64,000 nucleotides of DNA from Chrysomallon squamiferum (GCA_012295275.1 CM022667.1:16864001-16928000), one strand, 5' to 3'. Positions 1-14,443 are shown, counted from the stretch's first letter. Numbers and translations are program-made. The notes: generated by a model not told the origin, from the letters alone.

Positions 1-8
1 TATTATTA

Positions 9-49
<41 letters not shown>

Positions 50-1063
50 GACCTCTTAATGGATTGTATTACCCAATTAAGGCCTTAAATATTTTCATTC
101 CTAATGCATGCATTCATATATGAAATACTGACTTTTAATTTGTGGCCAAAATTGACGAAGACACCGACTACATAGTTTAGGGAATAGTTGTCTGAACCAT
201 TTTACAAACAACTAACGGTGGTTCATTCGTAAACCGGCCTCACTAAATCAGAGACAGGACAGTTGATCGTGCATACATTATCTCTAAATCCACTGGTTAA
301 CGAATCAGTATCGTATATGTCATGTCAGAACGCGAATTCTACCTAAGTTGGTGCGCTCCGTTTTCATGCCATTAATTATTATCTGATTCTGCCTACAAGA
401 AGTAGTAACAATAGCGGTAGTTGCTTATATTGTTGTCTAAACTTTAAATATGTAGTATTGAGATTCACAATGGGTTTTCTTCTTTTATTTTTCATTTGAT
501 GTTTTTAACACGGGAAGTAAAATATCAATAATGTAACTACATTTTAAATTTACGGACAAAGCAAATATCTGGTGCGATGGATTTTGGTATCATTTTACAT
601 AGAATACTCAAATTCGGAGAATACGAATCCCAACCTTTATCCATTTTCATACACTGATTTCTACTTCTTCTTCTTCTTCTTCTTAGCAATAACAGTAGTT
701 GTTGATAGTGTTGTTTAAATGTATCTTTACAATATAATTAATTAAACAAACTGTCTTGAAAACTCTCTCCCTTTCTCGGACACTGAGACACAAATGTAAT
801 TATCCGTCTATAGTGCATGAAAAACATGCTTATTTTCAAAGCTGCTTTAGTGACACTGACAAAATTGTCCTCAAAGTGTTAATCATTGATTAAATATGGT
901 GAAACGCAAAACAAGGAACGGTTTGGTTCGTAATATAGAAGAGATAACCTGGACGTTTGAGGTAAAGAGAACAGAGCAAGCCATTAAATAAATAAAACAA
1001 ATTAATAACAAACATTTTGTTTATTTATTTATTTATTTATTTATAGACAAAAATTAGGAGAGT

Positions 1064-1912
1064 TCATTTTAGTTCATCGGTGCTTTTCATACAGCTGCTA
1101 CTTGAATTATTTGGTGTTTGGTAGTATAATTCTGAAAGAAAAACAAAATAAATGACTAAACATTAACTATTTATCTAGTAAAAAGTCTTGTTACATAGAT
1201 ATATCATGCACCAAGCAGCAGCTGTGATAGGCATACATAAACAAACAAAACTCACAAATACACACAAGACCTCAAGCAGCACACGTGTATAATTGTGTGT
1301 GGTTGTGTAAGTGAGTGTGCGTGTGCATATCTGTTCAAATAATCCTTTTCACAGAAAAGAAGCACAGGCAGCCTTACTTATTTTTTCTTTGTTAAATAGA
1401 GGAGCTACTGTGTTTCTGCTTTCAACACTTACAGTCTAATTGAGGCATAAAATATACTTCACGTTTGATTTATTTTGGAAATAATTCGTTGTAAAATTAA
1501 ACATTTCGACTTTCTGTTAAAAATATATTCATAAACACTAATTCATTTAAGAATATCTCACAGTTTCTAATTAACCCAGAAAACATTCCGAATATTTCGT
1601 TAACGGGAAACGTTACTAAATATCTGATTTAAAAATTCAAAACGCAATTTCAACTCGTTCTGTAAAACGCCTGGCATATGAAACAAGTCGTGAATAATGT
1701 GGTTGGAAGACAAAATAGTTGTAAGGAGGTACTGCACAAAACAGTTTGTGTATTTCATCACGAAGAGAGACAAAAAGACAAAGAGAGAGAGAGGGAGAAA
1801 TGGATATATGTATCTATATAAACACATATATATATATATGTTTGTTTGTGTGTATGTATGCATATAAATATAAATATGTTTGTATCTCTATGTTTATGTT
1901 TGTGTGTATATA

Positions 1913-1950
<38 letters not shown>

Positions 1951-4900
1951 TGTATGTATGTATGTATATTTGTATAAATTTATGGAAGAATATATGCAAG
2001 AAATTTCCAAAGGTTGGGCTTTTTTGTGTGTTCTTTTCTGTCTTTCTTGTTGTTGTTGTTTTTTGTATATATATATATGTATGCATGTATTTATATTTGT
2101 ATAAATTTATGGAAGAATATATGCAAGAAATTTCCAAAGGTTGGGCTTTTTTGTGTGTTCTTTTCTGTCTTTCTTGTTGTTGTTGTTTTTTGTACGTGTT
2201 CTTGTGTTGTTGCTGTTATTGTTTGTTTTATTTTATTATCTTACTTCTTGGTATTGGTGGTGTTGCTTCTGCTGTCATTCCTCCACAGTAGTTTTCCCTG
2301 CAATAAAGTTTGTATCCTTCATCACCTATTCCGCAGTAACAATCACCTAAACAAGGATTATCTAATGTCACGGGTCCAACATCATATGGTTTCCCTAAAT
2401 AATTAATTCTTGTGAAGTTCGGTGTTGTATAAACTGAAATATGCATGGAGAAAAGATCAACAATATTTGTACAGTGGTCATGATTTAGTACTATGATGTG
2501 TGTAAACAGAGAGATAGACAAACAGAGAAACAGAGAAAGATAGAGAGGAAATCAGAAAAAGACAAACACAGAGACACGTGCTCTTTAGGTATTATTAATC
2601 TTAATGCTATATATATATCTGTGTGTGTGTGTGTCTCTCACTCTTTATCTATTTCCTTATCTATCTATCTATCTATCTATCTATATATATATATATCCGT
2701 ATTTCTGTATGCATGCCTCCATCGATGGATGAATGTATGTATGTTTCTTAGTTGTTTTTTTCAGTGTCTTAGTTGTTGTTGGTGGTTCTGATGGTGGTTC
2801 TGATGTTGGTTCTGATGTTGGTTCTGATGTTGGTTCTGATGTTGGTTCTGATGTTGGTTCTGATGTTGGTTCTGATGGTGGTTCTGATGTTGGTTCTGAT
2901 GGTGGTTCTAGTGGTAGTTCTGGTACTGGTTCTGATGGTGACTCTGTTGGTGGCTCTGATGGTGGTTCAGATGGTGGTTCTGTTGGTGGTTCTGTTGGTG
3001 GTTCTGCTGTTATGTCTGCCAAGAAAGTTTATTTTCCTGGTTTAAATACCATTCTTCCTAACATATTATGTATTTGATTCATTGTTAACATTTATTCGGA
3101 TTTGCTTAACTTGTTCTATATCATGTGTCATCTGCGTGTGTGCATGTGTGTGTGCGTGGGCGGGTAGGTGTGTGTAACTGTATAGACGCGAAACCCCATT
3201 TAACGAACCCGTATTTGTCTGATTTTTCTCATATCCGGGCAAAATCTGGAAAATATATAAGTATTCTTGAATCTCGGGAGCTAGCAAAGCTTCGGAAACA
3301 TGTCTCGTAGTGCGCCTGTCAAACAAACAAAAAGCATGAAGAAAAGATTAACAATATTTGTACGTTCAGCATGATTTAGTTCTCTGATCTTTGACAAAGA
3401 AAGTTAAATTTTCTGGTTCAAATTCTATTGCTCCCAACATATGTCGCATTCGATTCATTGTTAACCATAATCCAAATCTCTTTAATTTAATATATAATCC
3501 CACTTAACACATTTCTAGTAAATATGGGACAGAGTGATCCACACTGAGAACAGCAGTAATCGACAAATTAATTTACCTTAAATATATTAATAATTTCTTC
3601 TTGTTTATATATAATGATATATCAAATTTATTTTTATTAGTTTTGAATCAAGTGTTTAAATATTTGCAATATTTTGTTTTATATTCTGGAAACTCTCTCT
3701 CTCTATCTCTCCCTCTTACTTATTAACAAGAAAAAGCTCCACGTTTTGACTGCAACGTTGTAGACTTGTCTGTTTATATATATATATATATGTTGCAGTC
3801 AAAATGTGTAGATTTCTGCTAAAGTTTACATTGGTTAGTATTAAAATGAACCATAAAATTACTGGAGCTAATAAACAATAAACACAGTCAAGAGTAGAAC
3901 TCTATCTGAATTTATCCCTTAGATTTCTCTTGTTAAAATCTACTCATTTTACTCGCTGCCTTGTTCTTCTAATGACACGGGTTCGACATCGTATTATTTG
4001 CCAGCTTAATCGCATGATAAAAAGATCGGTGATGTTTAAGCTGAAAGAAGCAAGAAGCATGTGGGAAACATTAACAAGATCTGTACACTTATTATGAATT
4101 AGCTGTTTGTTGTTTGGCAATAAAATTAATTGTACTGAATTAAAGACTTATCATCCCAATATATTCCAAGCGATTCATTTTTAGGCATAATGCAAATGCA
4201 TTTAATTCTTATTTATCCTGCTTGTATTCAAGTACTGTGAACTGCTGTTGCTATGATCGTAAATGCTACGAGAAAATATGACAGCAGTTAAGTTTAAAAA
4301 TGCCGATTAATGTTTGCCGTACCAGAAGGTAAATAAATGGTAAGAAAACTGAAACTTTGTTAATAACATTTTCATTTCTGGTATTTAACTAATACAGGAA
4401 TTTAAAGCAAGTTTTAGTTTTTCAATCTATTTCTAGTAAATCAGAATTTTTGCGAGATTACAATACCCGACAGAAGTAAATAATTATTCGAAAGATATCA
4501 TTCATTTATATTAACATTTAATACTTTATTATAATTCTTAGTTAGTGGTTAGGTTTCTGCATTGTTGTTAAATAATAAAAATTTAGTATTTTTACATATT
4601 TTTTTATCAGTCATCCTTGTTAATTTAAAATGTAAGTGAGCTATAATTAATATTTATGTATACAGTTTTTCTCTACAAATACAGGACAGAGGACATACGG
4701 ATGTACAGTTTAAGTACATCAGAAATAAGAGGATTAGGAGATTAACTAAATTATTCCTTATAAAAATATTTATAATAATGGTCAGATTCTTACACTGGGT
4801 CGATTGATTCGCGGTGTAATGAATGGGCCAGGAAACGAAAACGTGACAAGCTAAAATGTTTCAGATCGGGAGGCCGTTCATTTTTTAATATTCCAAATAC

Positions 4901-5305
4901 TGGTGATATTCATATACCGCCGTTTCAGGAACACTGCATCCTGACGTAATGATACTTCCTACTATAGCATTCCCAGTTCCAACATTGCATAAGTGTATGA
5001 AGAATAGAAAATAAATAAGAGTTTTAACTATAACAACCGTATATGACGAAGATTTACTTTCAGTTTATTCTACTATTGAAATACGTGAATAAAAAAGGAT
5101 GCAAATGAAAACAAAACTTATCTAGAAGTTGTTTACGGGTTGTTAAAGGATTAAGCTATATATATAAAATTATACATTTATAAAATTATCCCTGGGAATC
5201 ATTATACATGGTTTTACAAAGATTATCAAGCGAGAAAAATGCTTGTTTCCTTAAAATTTGTCTTTTTGTTTCATGATGATTATTATGATTATGATTATTA
5301 TTATG

Positions 5306-5355
<50 letters not shown>

Positions 5356-5410
5356 AATTACTATTGCTGTTGTTGTTGTTGTTATTATTGTTATTCTTTC
5401 TGTTCATATT
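1064..5410 (-). pseudogene. Family unit U1: broken copy of the secreted Pro-linker/VWC-like gene (paralog of 16430-20749)
   Basis: Exons 3015-2773 (DITAEPP...PTSE repeats), 2433-2245 (VWC-like) and 1131-1064 (terminal). The signal exon and promoter are deleted at ~5410. The linker-exon donor reads CTAAGA where the paralogs have GTAAGA. The first module Cys is lost (TRINYLG vs TTCYYLG). Confidence 0.75.
1967..2194. repeat. Direct tandem duplication of ~127 bp in an intron
   Basis: tatttgtataaatttatggaagaatatatgcaagaaatttccaaaggttgggc... occurs at ~1967 and ~2094; single in the paralog at ~17295. Confidence 0.85.
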
Positions 5411-5426
5411 AAATGCTCATAGAAAG

Positions 5427-5503
<77 letters not shown>

Positions 5504-6343
5504 TTAATTACTCAGGATCTGTCTATTTAAATACACCTTTTGTTCTTTTTCACCTCTGTCTTAGACAGGGTTTTTCATTTTCCTTATTATATTGATCTCT
5601 GCATAAGAACATCTACAGTATTCTTCAGTTTTAAATACTGTACATCAGATACCATTAGATTAAAAACAATATTAGATAAGAATTTCTTTTTACTTCATTT
5701 CTTGTGTACAAATAGATTATCCTGCCTTGAGAAAATCGTGTTTAATTTTACTGTTTTATATTCATTTATTTTATTGAACTGATACCTAGAAACGTGTGTG
5801 TGTATATATATGTGTGTATGTGTGTGCATGTCTGGGCTTCTCTCTGTGTGGGTGTATGGGTGTGTATTTGTGTGCTACATTTACAAACAGAAGGAGAGAG
5901 AAAGAAAGGGCAGACATTTCATCTACCATAGTTTCGTCATTATTTACTGAGTTTTAATATTTCACAAGTTGATTACACTACGAAATAAGGTTACTTAAAG
6001 ATCGAAAACGTCGATCTATACGGACAGACGTTTATAACCGTATTAACAAGACTCGGCGTAAGAAACAAACAGAACAAGATGTTAGACGTAGATAAAATGT
6101 GGTTAAAGCAGATGAACTACAATGAAAGGTTATATACTGTAACAACATATGCATTCCACTGTTGTATGGCGTCATCTAAAGTATCCATATGTACACACAG
6201 AATCGATGACTACAGTGCTATTTAATTTATTCAGAGTATAAACTTAACTGAAGCCATCTGCATAAGTTATTGATATTTTAATATAGCCATAATCAATTTT
6301 AATAACTGAATATCACTAATAATCATATTAAGGAGAGAGAGAG

Positions 6344-6470
<127 letters not shown>

Positions 6471-6599
6471 TTAATTATACCTTCAAAGACAGAATAATCT
6501 TTAATGTTCAATAATTGAAAAGTCTCCATAACGGAAAAGTCTTTTTCAAATTTATTTATTTTCAAATTTTGTAACATTAAAAATAAATATTCATGTCCT

Positions 6600-7117
6600 T
6601 CAGCGAACAACTGTTTCAACTAATGGCGTTGTTTCTGGTGGTGCTGGAGTATTTATAGAGCACCGAGCCTTTCCTTGTTCTGGTTGAAAAGGATCGTATG
6701 AACCTGGTTTTGGACAAAAACAAATACCACCGTCTCCGAAAGTCGCTGTTTGGTCACCAACTAGAACCTGGCCAAATGGAGTTATACAGGTCCGTTCTTT
6801 AAAAAAAAAGTGAAAAAATGAGAAAAGGTATCTATCTTTGTCTCCATATTAGATTGTATATGTATGTGAGTATGTCTGTCTCTGTGTGTGTATATTTTTG
6901 TATGTATGTATGTATGTATGTATGTATGAATTTATGAAAGAATGTATGCCAGAACTTTCCATAGCTTGGACTTTTTTGCGTATTTTTTTATTTGTTTGTT
7001 GTTGTTGTGTTTTTTTGTTTTTTTGTTTTTTTTTCGTTATTGTTGTGTTTTATTATCTTTCTTCTTGCTACTGGTGGTGTTCTTTCTGGTGTTATTACAT
7101 ATGTATCTACGTGTGTA

Positions 7118-7152
<35 letters not shown>

Positions 7153-7203
7153 GTGTGTGCGTATGCATGTGTGTATGTCTCTCTCTTTTTATCTCTTTCT
7201 CTG

Positions 7204-7287
<84 letters not shown>

Positions 7288-9827
7288 TATTTCTGTATGC
7301 ATGCCTCTATTGATGGATCAATGTATATATGTTTCTTAGTTGTTTTTTTAGTCTCTTACCTGTTGTTCGTGGTTCTGATGGTGGTTCTGGTGGTGGTTCT
7401 GATGTTGGCCCTGGTGGTGACTCTGTTGGTGGCTCTGATGGTGATTCTGGTGGTAGTTCTGGTACTGGTTCTGATGGTGACTCTGTTGGTGGCTCTGATG
7501 GTGGTTCAGATGGTGGTTCTGTTGGTGGTTCTGTTGGTGGTTCTGCTGTTATGTCTGCCAATAAAATTTATTTTCCTGGTTTAAATACCATTCTTCCCAA
7601 CGTATTATGTATTTGATTCATTGTTAACATTTATTCGGATTTGCTTAACTTATTCTATATCATGTGTCATCTGCGTGTGTGCATGTGTGTGTGCGAGGGC
7701 GGGTAGGTGTGTGTAACTGTATAGACGCGAAACCCCATTTAACGAACCCGTATTTGTCTGATTTTTCTCATATCCGGGCAAAATCTGGAAAATATATAAG
7801 TATTCTTGAATCTCGGGAGCTAGCAAAGCTTCGGAAACATGTCTCGTAGTGCGCCTGTGAAACAAACAAAAAGCATGAAGAAAAGATTAACAATATTTGC
7901 ACGTTCAGCATGATTTATTTCTCTCACCTCTGTGACAGAAAGATACATTTTCTGGTTTAAATTCTATTCCTCCCAACATATGTCGTATTCGATTCATTGT
8001 TAACCGTAATCCAAATCTCTATAATTTAATATATAGTCCCACTTAATATAGTTTATTGGTAAAATTTCCACTGCTGGCGTTTACAGTAAATAGAAGAATT
8101 TAAAGTGCGTTTTAATTTTTCAACCCCTTTCTAGTAAATAAGGGACAGAGTGATCTATACTGATAACAGCAGTACCCGATAAATTAATATACCATAAAGA
8201 TATTAATCATTTTTTTATATATATACAATGATAAATTACATTTATTTTTATTAGTTTTGAATCAAGTGTTTAAATAATTGCAATATTTTGTTTTATTTTA
8301 TGGAAACTCTATCTCTTTCTCTCTGTATATAGATATTAACAAAAGAAAGCCCCACATTTTGACTGCAACGTTGTAGACTTGTCTGTTTATGTGTGTATAT
8401 ATAGATATATATATATATCTACAGGATGTCCACAAAGTCTGGGTACATGGGGAATTTTACTATGTTATTTATTTATGTTATTTTTCTTACCAGATCGAAT
8501 GATGGCTCTGTTTAAAGAATTAAATTGATGGAAATCATATTGAAAACATTATTTATTAAAATTAGAACTAAATAAAATTATTTTATTTTAAAAGTATGTT
8601 ATTAAATCCCTGAAGCTAATAAACAATAAACACAGTCATGAGTAGAACTCTATCTTAATTTATCCCTTGCATTTCTCTTCTTAAAATCTACTCATTTTAC
8701 TCGCTGCCTTTGATCATCTAATGACACGGGTCAGACGTCACAATATTTACCAGCTTAATCGCATGATAAGAAGCTCGGTGATGTTTAAGCTGAAAGAAGC
8801 AAGAAGCACGTGGGAAATATAAACAAGATCTGTACACTTATTATGATTTAACTGTTTGTTGGTTGGCAATAAAATTAATTGTACTGCATTAAAAACTTTT
8901 CATCCCAACATGTCGCAAGTGATTCATTTTAAGGCATAATGCAAATGCATTTAATTTTTATTTATCCTGCTTGTGTTTAAGTACTGTGAACTGCTGTTGC
9001 TATGATCGTAAATGCTACGATAAAATATAACAGCAGTTAAGTTTAAAAATGCCGATTAATGTTTGCCGTACCAGAAGATAAATAAATGGTAAGAAAATCG
9101 AAACTTTGTTAATAATATTTTCACTTCTGGTATTTAAGTAATGAGAGGAAATTGTATAAATTTATAATTCAGTTTTTCTTTAGAAATATAGGACAGAGGA
9201 CATACGGATGTACAGTTTAACTATATCAGAAACGAGAGGAATAGGATATTAACTAATTTATTCCTTTTAATAATATTTATATAACAGTCAAATTCTTACA
9301 TTGGTTTACACTGGGTCGATTGGGTCGTGGTGTAATGAATGGGCCAGGAAACGAAAACGTGACAACCCAAAATGTTCAGATCGGGAGGCCTTTCCTCCTT
9401 TAATATTCCAAATACTGGTGATATTCATATACAGCCGTTTCAGTAACATTGGTTCCTGACGTAATGATACTTCCTACTACAGAACTCCCAGTTCCAACAT
9501 TGCATTAGTATATGAACAATAGTAAATAAATAAGAGTTTTAACTATAACAACCGTATATGAAGATTTACTTTCAGATTATTCTACTATTGAAATACGTCA
9601 ATAAAAAAGGACGCAAATGGAAACGAAACTTATCTAGAAGTTGTTTACGGGTTGTTAAAGGATTAAGCTATATATATAAAATTATACATTTATAAAATTA
9701 TCCCTGGGAATAATTATTCACGGTTTTACAAAGCTTATCAACCGAGAAAAATGCTCTGTTCATACTGTAACTGTTTTTATGTTTAAACTGCATTACTAAT
9801 GAGAAAACAGCAGTAATAATAATAATA

Positions 9828-9859
<32 letters not shown>

Positions 9860-10021
9860 TAATGATAATAATAATAGGAGAAGAAGAAGAATAAGAAGAA
9901 GAAGAAGAAGAGTAATAATAATAATAATAAACTAGAAAGTACCTTGAGTCACTGGCATTGAAAAAACAGACGAAATAATAAAATTCAAACAGAACACGAA
10001 GACGAGCATGTGAACAGCCAT
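6600..10021 (-). CDS. Family unit U2: secreted protein of ~156 aa (signal + Pro/Glu/Ser/Thr linker + 4-Cys module)
   Basis: Exons 10021-9943 MAVHMLVFVFCLNFIISSVFSMPVTQ; 7554-7360 DITAEPPTEPP...PRTT; 6796-6600 ERTCITPFGQVLVGDQTATFGDGGICFCPKPGSYDPFQPEQGKARCSINTPAPPETTPLVETVVR*. All introns GT-AG, phase 1. The model assumes the stop-containing intronic exons are skipped. Confidence 0.65.
8420..8600. mobile_element. Possible Tc1/mariner-type MITE end fragment
   Basis: ta|caggatgtccacaaagtctgggtacatggg resembles mariner TIR starts, follows a TA run and is absent from the paralogous intron at ~3790. No second end was found. Confidence 0.4.
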
Positions 10022-10039
10022 GTTGTCGCTTTTCTTGTA

Positions 10040-10051
10040 TGACGTGAGTCA
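10040..10051 (-). promoter_or_regulatory. Composite CRE-half/AP-1 element of U2
   Basis: tgacgtgagtca ~20 bp upstream of the ATG, positionally conserved before all six signal exons. Confidence 0.55.
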
Positions 10052-10132
10052 GTATTTGTAATGTTTAAGTAACAGCTGTAGTATTTGATGTCTGACGTGT
10101 CTGTGCGGTAGACATTAAATGCTCATAGAAAG

Positions 10133-10217
<85 letters not shown>

Positions 10218-10905
10218 TTGATTACTCATGAGCTGTCTATTTGAATACATCTTTTGTTCTTTTTCACCTCTGTCTTAGACATGGTGTTTCATTTTCCTTA
10301 TTATATTGATCTCAGCATAAGAACATCTACGGTATTCTTCTGTAACAGTAGATTACTCTGCATTCAGAAAATCGTGTTTAATTTTACTGTTTTATATTCA
10401 TGTATTTTATTGAATTGATACCTAGAAACGTGTGTGTGTGTATATATGTGTGTATGTGTGTGCATGTCTGGGCTTCTCTCTGTGTGGGTGTACTGGTGTG
10501 TATTTGTGTGCTACATTTACAAACAGGAGAGAGAAAGAAAGGGCAGACATTTTATCTACCATAGTTTCGTCATTATTTACTGAGTTTTAATATTTCACAA
10601 GCTGATTACACTACGAAATAAGGTTACTTAAAGATCGAAAACGTCGATCTATACGGACAGACGTTTATAACCGTATTAACAAGACTCGGCGTAAGAAACA
10701 AACATAACAAGATGTTAGACGTAGACAAAACGTGGTTAAACAAGATGCACTACAACGAAAGGTTCTATACTATAACAGCATATGCATTCCACTGTTGTAT
10801 GAGTTTATCCAGAGTATAAACTTAACTGAAACCATCTGAATAAGTTGTTGATATTTTAATATACCCATAAAAATATTTAATACTGAATATCACTAATAAT
10901 CATAA

Positions 10906-11012
<107 letters not shown>

Positions 11013-11130
11013 TTAATTATACCTTCAAAGACAGAATAATCTTTAATGTTCATTAACTGAAAATTCTGCATAACTGTAAATTATTTTTCAAATTTTTTTT
11101 TTCAAATTTTGTAACATTAAAAATAAATGT

Positions 11131-12702
11131 TCATATCCTTAAGGCAACAACTGCATCAACTAATTGCGTTGTTGCTTGTGATGCTGGAGTATTTATAGAG
11201 CACCGAGCCTTTCCTTGTTCTGGTTGAAAAGGATCGTATGAACCTGGTTTTGGACAAAAACAAATACCACCGTCTCCGAAAGTCGCTGTTTGGTCACCAA
11301 CTAGAACCTGGCCAAATGGAGTTATACAGGTCCGTTCTTAAAAAAAAAAGTAAAAAAATAAAAAAAGGTATCTATCTTTGTCTCCATATTAGATTGTATG
11401 TGTGTGTGCGTATCTCTGTCTCTGTGTATATATATGTATGAATGTATGTAGGTATCTCGGTGTACATATGCATTTATCAATAACTATTTGTAATATTTGT
11501 CAATATTATTATTATTATTTTTTTTGTACTGGGCCAAATATTTATTCATTTACTTGTAGTGTGCAGCATCGTAGATGTGATAACTGGTGCTGTTCTCGAT
11601 CCTGAACACAAAGCCACGCCATATTCTGGTCGCCATGAACCAATAACTTGTACTTGTGGAGGACATTTACAGTCACCATCATCACTAAAGTATTTCTGTT
11701 CTTCTCCATTTAACACGTGTCCTGATGGCGTTTTACAGTTACGTTCTGTAATAATTAAAATAATAGTAATAATAATAATAATAACAATAATAATAATATA
11801 ACAACAACAACAAATAATAATACTACTAAATAAACAATCTTTTTTATTGTATACTCTAGTATTATAACGAATTCGACTACTACTAATGTAATTGCTCCTA
11901 CTATTTCCACTAATACTACTAATACATTTATTACTACTACTACTATAACAACTATTACCACTACTACTCCAAATACCACTAATTATAATACCAATACATT
12001 TCCTATTAGTAATACTATTGTTATTACATTTAGGACATTATTAGAATCATTGATTCTACTACTGCCACATATTTTACAAGACCTCCACAGTAATAGTTTC
12101 TTAGTCTTCATTACTGGCTGTTGTTATTACTCTGTGGTAAATAAACACCACCAACAACAGCTACTACACGACAACTATTAATACCATCATTGCTACTACA
12201 ACTTCTGCTACTAATTCTACTACTAATACTATTGCTACTACTAATAATTATAAGTCTAACATTATTATTACTAATCCTACCTTTAATGATAATAGCAAGC
12301 ATACACCTACTAATACTAATTGATCGAACTACACTAATAATACTACTGCTAGTATTAATGTTACGATTACTGGTACTAACGAGACTTCTAATAATTATAC
12401 TTTTATTTCGTCTACTGCTGTTGGTATAAGGAGATACTGAAAAGTTGTCTACCTTGACATGTGTATCTTCCACAGGCATCAGGTCCTTCAGGATCGAAAC
12501 ACATTGGGTGGAAAATAATTAGGGTAACTACAAAGAATTTTTACTCCAGATGGACCATAACTACGCTCACAAGGACACTCGTACGTACAATTCACAAACA
12601 TTGGAACGAATTGCCCAACTCTGTATATTTGTCCATTGTAAGAGCAGGATCGCCGCACCTCTGTGGTATGTGCAGAACAATAAGAACGACAAGAACAGCA
12701 GC

Positions 12703-12743
<41 letters not shown>

Positions 12744-13951
12744 CAATAACAACAACAACAATAATAACAGCAACAACAACATTAATAATAATAATAATAA
12801 TAACAATAATGATGAAAATAATAATAATAATGATATTAACAACAGCAACAATCACAATAGCTGTTGTAATAATAATTAAATGAATCTAAAGTTTAAATTT
12901 AATATTGTGTATTTTTTCTAACTTTGTCGGTATCCATACAACTACGTGAATATATCAGAATATCTAGAATGTTTATTATCACAAACTTAGCCCAACTTAA
13001 GCATAAACTAATCATCCTTAGGGTTTCAGAGATTCAAAATTTCTTTTTATTTATTTATCAATATATAAAGAATTAAACATGATGTATAATCTAATTTCCA
13101 GTACTAACATAATCAACATAAGACGTTACAAAAATTTATTTCCAGTATTATTTTCAGATTAATAAATATTTTGCAACGAAATGTCCTCAGTGGCGAAACC
13201 GAAAACATGATTTCTTTTGCATGTTGGTGACATTGTACTAATTTCAGTTATTAACTGCCAAATAGGACCTCTGTAGATTTCCACAGTTTTAGACCTGGAT
13301 ATGATTCCATTCAGCCATGTTCACGGCAGAGTTTACACTTTTAATATAACATCGTTACTCATTTAACGAGAAGAGGACAGAGAGAATTCTTAATATTAAG
13401 TAAACTATTCACTGCACTCAGACACACTAAAAGGTGTATGATCTTTACAAGATAGGTGTAGGACAAGACGTGTACATTTCAGAATTGTTTTCTTCGCATT
13501 TGAATCTGCGCTGTCTGCTAAAGTAGAAAATATGAAGAAACGTGACGTTCGAGGTATTGTACTTTTAAAGTGCGAGAAAAAAGGAGATAAATGAAAATCA
13601 AACTTATCCAGAAGATATTTGTGGGTTATCAAATGAAAGAAAAGATGAATATATAATATACTATTGTGAAAGCGAAATTCCCATATGGCATATGATTTTC
13701 CTAAGCTTATCAAGGTAAGAAAAATAAACCCAAGTCTGGTTGCTTTATGTTCGTTTCATTATTCTTGTTTGATCTTTTTTTTAATTTAATTTTTTTTTTA
13801 TTTCTTCACGCATTGTTAGTGAGTTCAGCACATCCCTCTTAACGTCACTGTATCCTCTCAGTTTTGCATCGCACAAAATCCAGAGTCGCCAGTTTAGAAA
13901 ATGAAAATTCTAAAATGTATCACATTTAGTAAATCAATATTATTATTATTA

Positions 13952-14047
<96 letters not shown>

Positions 14048-14443
14048 CAGAAGCTACTATCTGGTTTGTATTCATCAAATAAAAGTGCGTATGCATGACA
14101 TGAATGGATGTAGTAGATATGTGTACAACGAGTAACCTAGCATATTCTCTACCAGATAAATTGTTCATTATACACTGAGAATGGCTTCCTTCCATGGACA
14201 AAAAGCCACGCATTATACTATTAATTATTTCGCTTTAGCTATGGTTGTCGTTGTTGTTGTTGTTATTATTCTTTTATTGACATCATTATTATTATAGTTA
14301 TAGTGATGTTGTTATTACTGCCATTGTTGAAGACGTAGATATTATTATTATTATTATTGCTGTGGAAGTAGCTAGTGGTAATAAATGATGTAGCTGTTAC
14401 TGCCTGTTAATAAACACCAATACTACTAATAACAATAAATATG

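Larger units (their letters stand above)
370..5760. repeat. Segmental duplication, paired with 15668-21044
   Basis: Colinear near-identical sequence from attaattattatctgattctgcctacaaga (370 and 15668) to aaaatcgtgtttaattttact (~5750 and 21044), with indels. Confidence 0.9.

Noticed and set aside
1746-2406. Hydrophobic YI/CV/LLL ORFs here and throughout the window (poly-SL, ER, N, I)
   Set aside because: They are translations of (TA)n, (TG)n, (CT)n and (TTA)n microsatellites.
2733-3077. Plus-strand Gly/Ser/Asp-rich and Leu/Val/Met ORFs (also 7329-7616 and 17988-18332)
   Set aside because: They are antisense shadows of the Pro-rich linker exon; the splice sites and partner exons are on the minus strand.
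3738-3810. Short inverted repeat ttttgactgcaac...gttgcagtcaaaa around a TA run
   Set aside because: Too short to classify, and one arm is missing in the paralog.
9298-9505. TGA codons at Cys-like positions suggesting selenocysteine
   Set aside because: The copies also carry frameshifts, the stops differ among copies, and no SECIS was recognised; decay is simpler.
11760-12420. Thr-rich mucin-like (ACT/ATT) tracts (also 14560-15150, 29780-30140, 35040-35560)
   Set aside because: They contain frequent stops, have no consistent frame among paralogs, and lie inside minus-strand introns.
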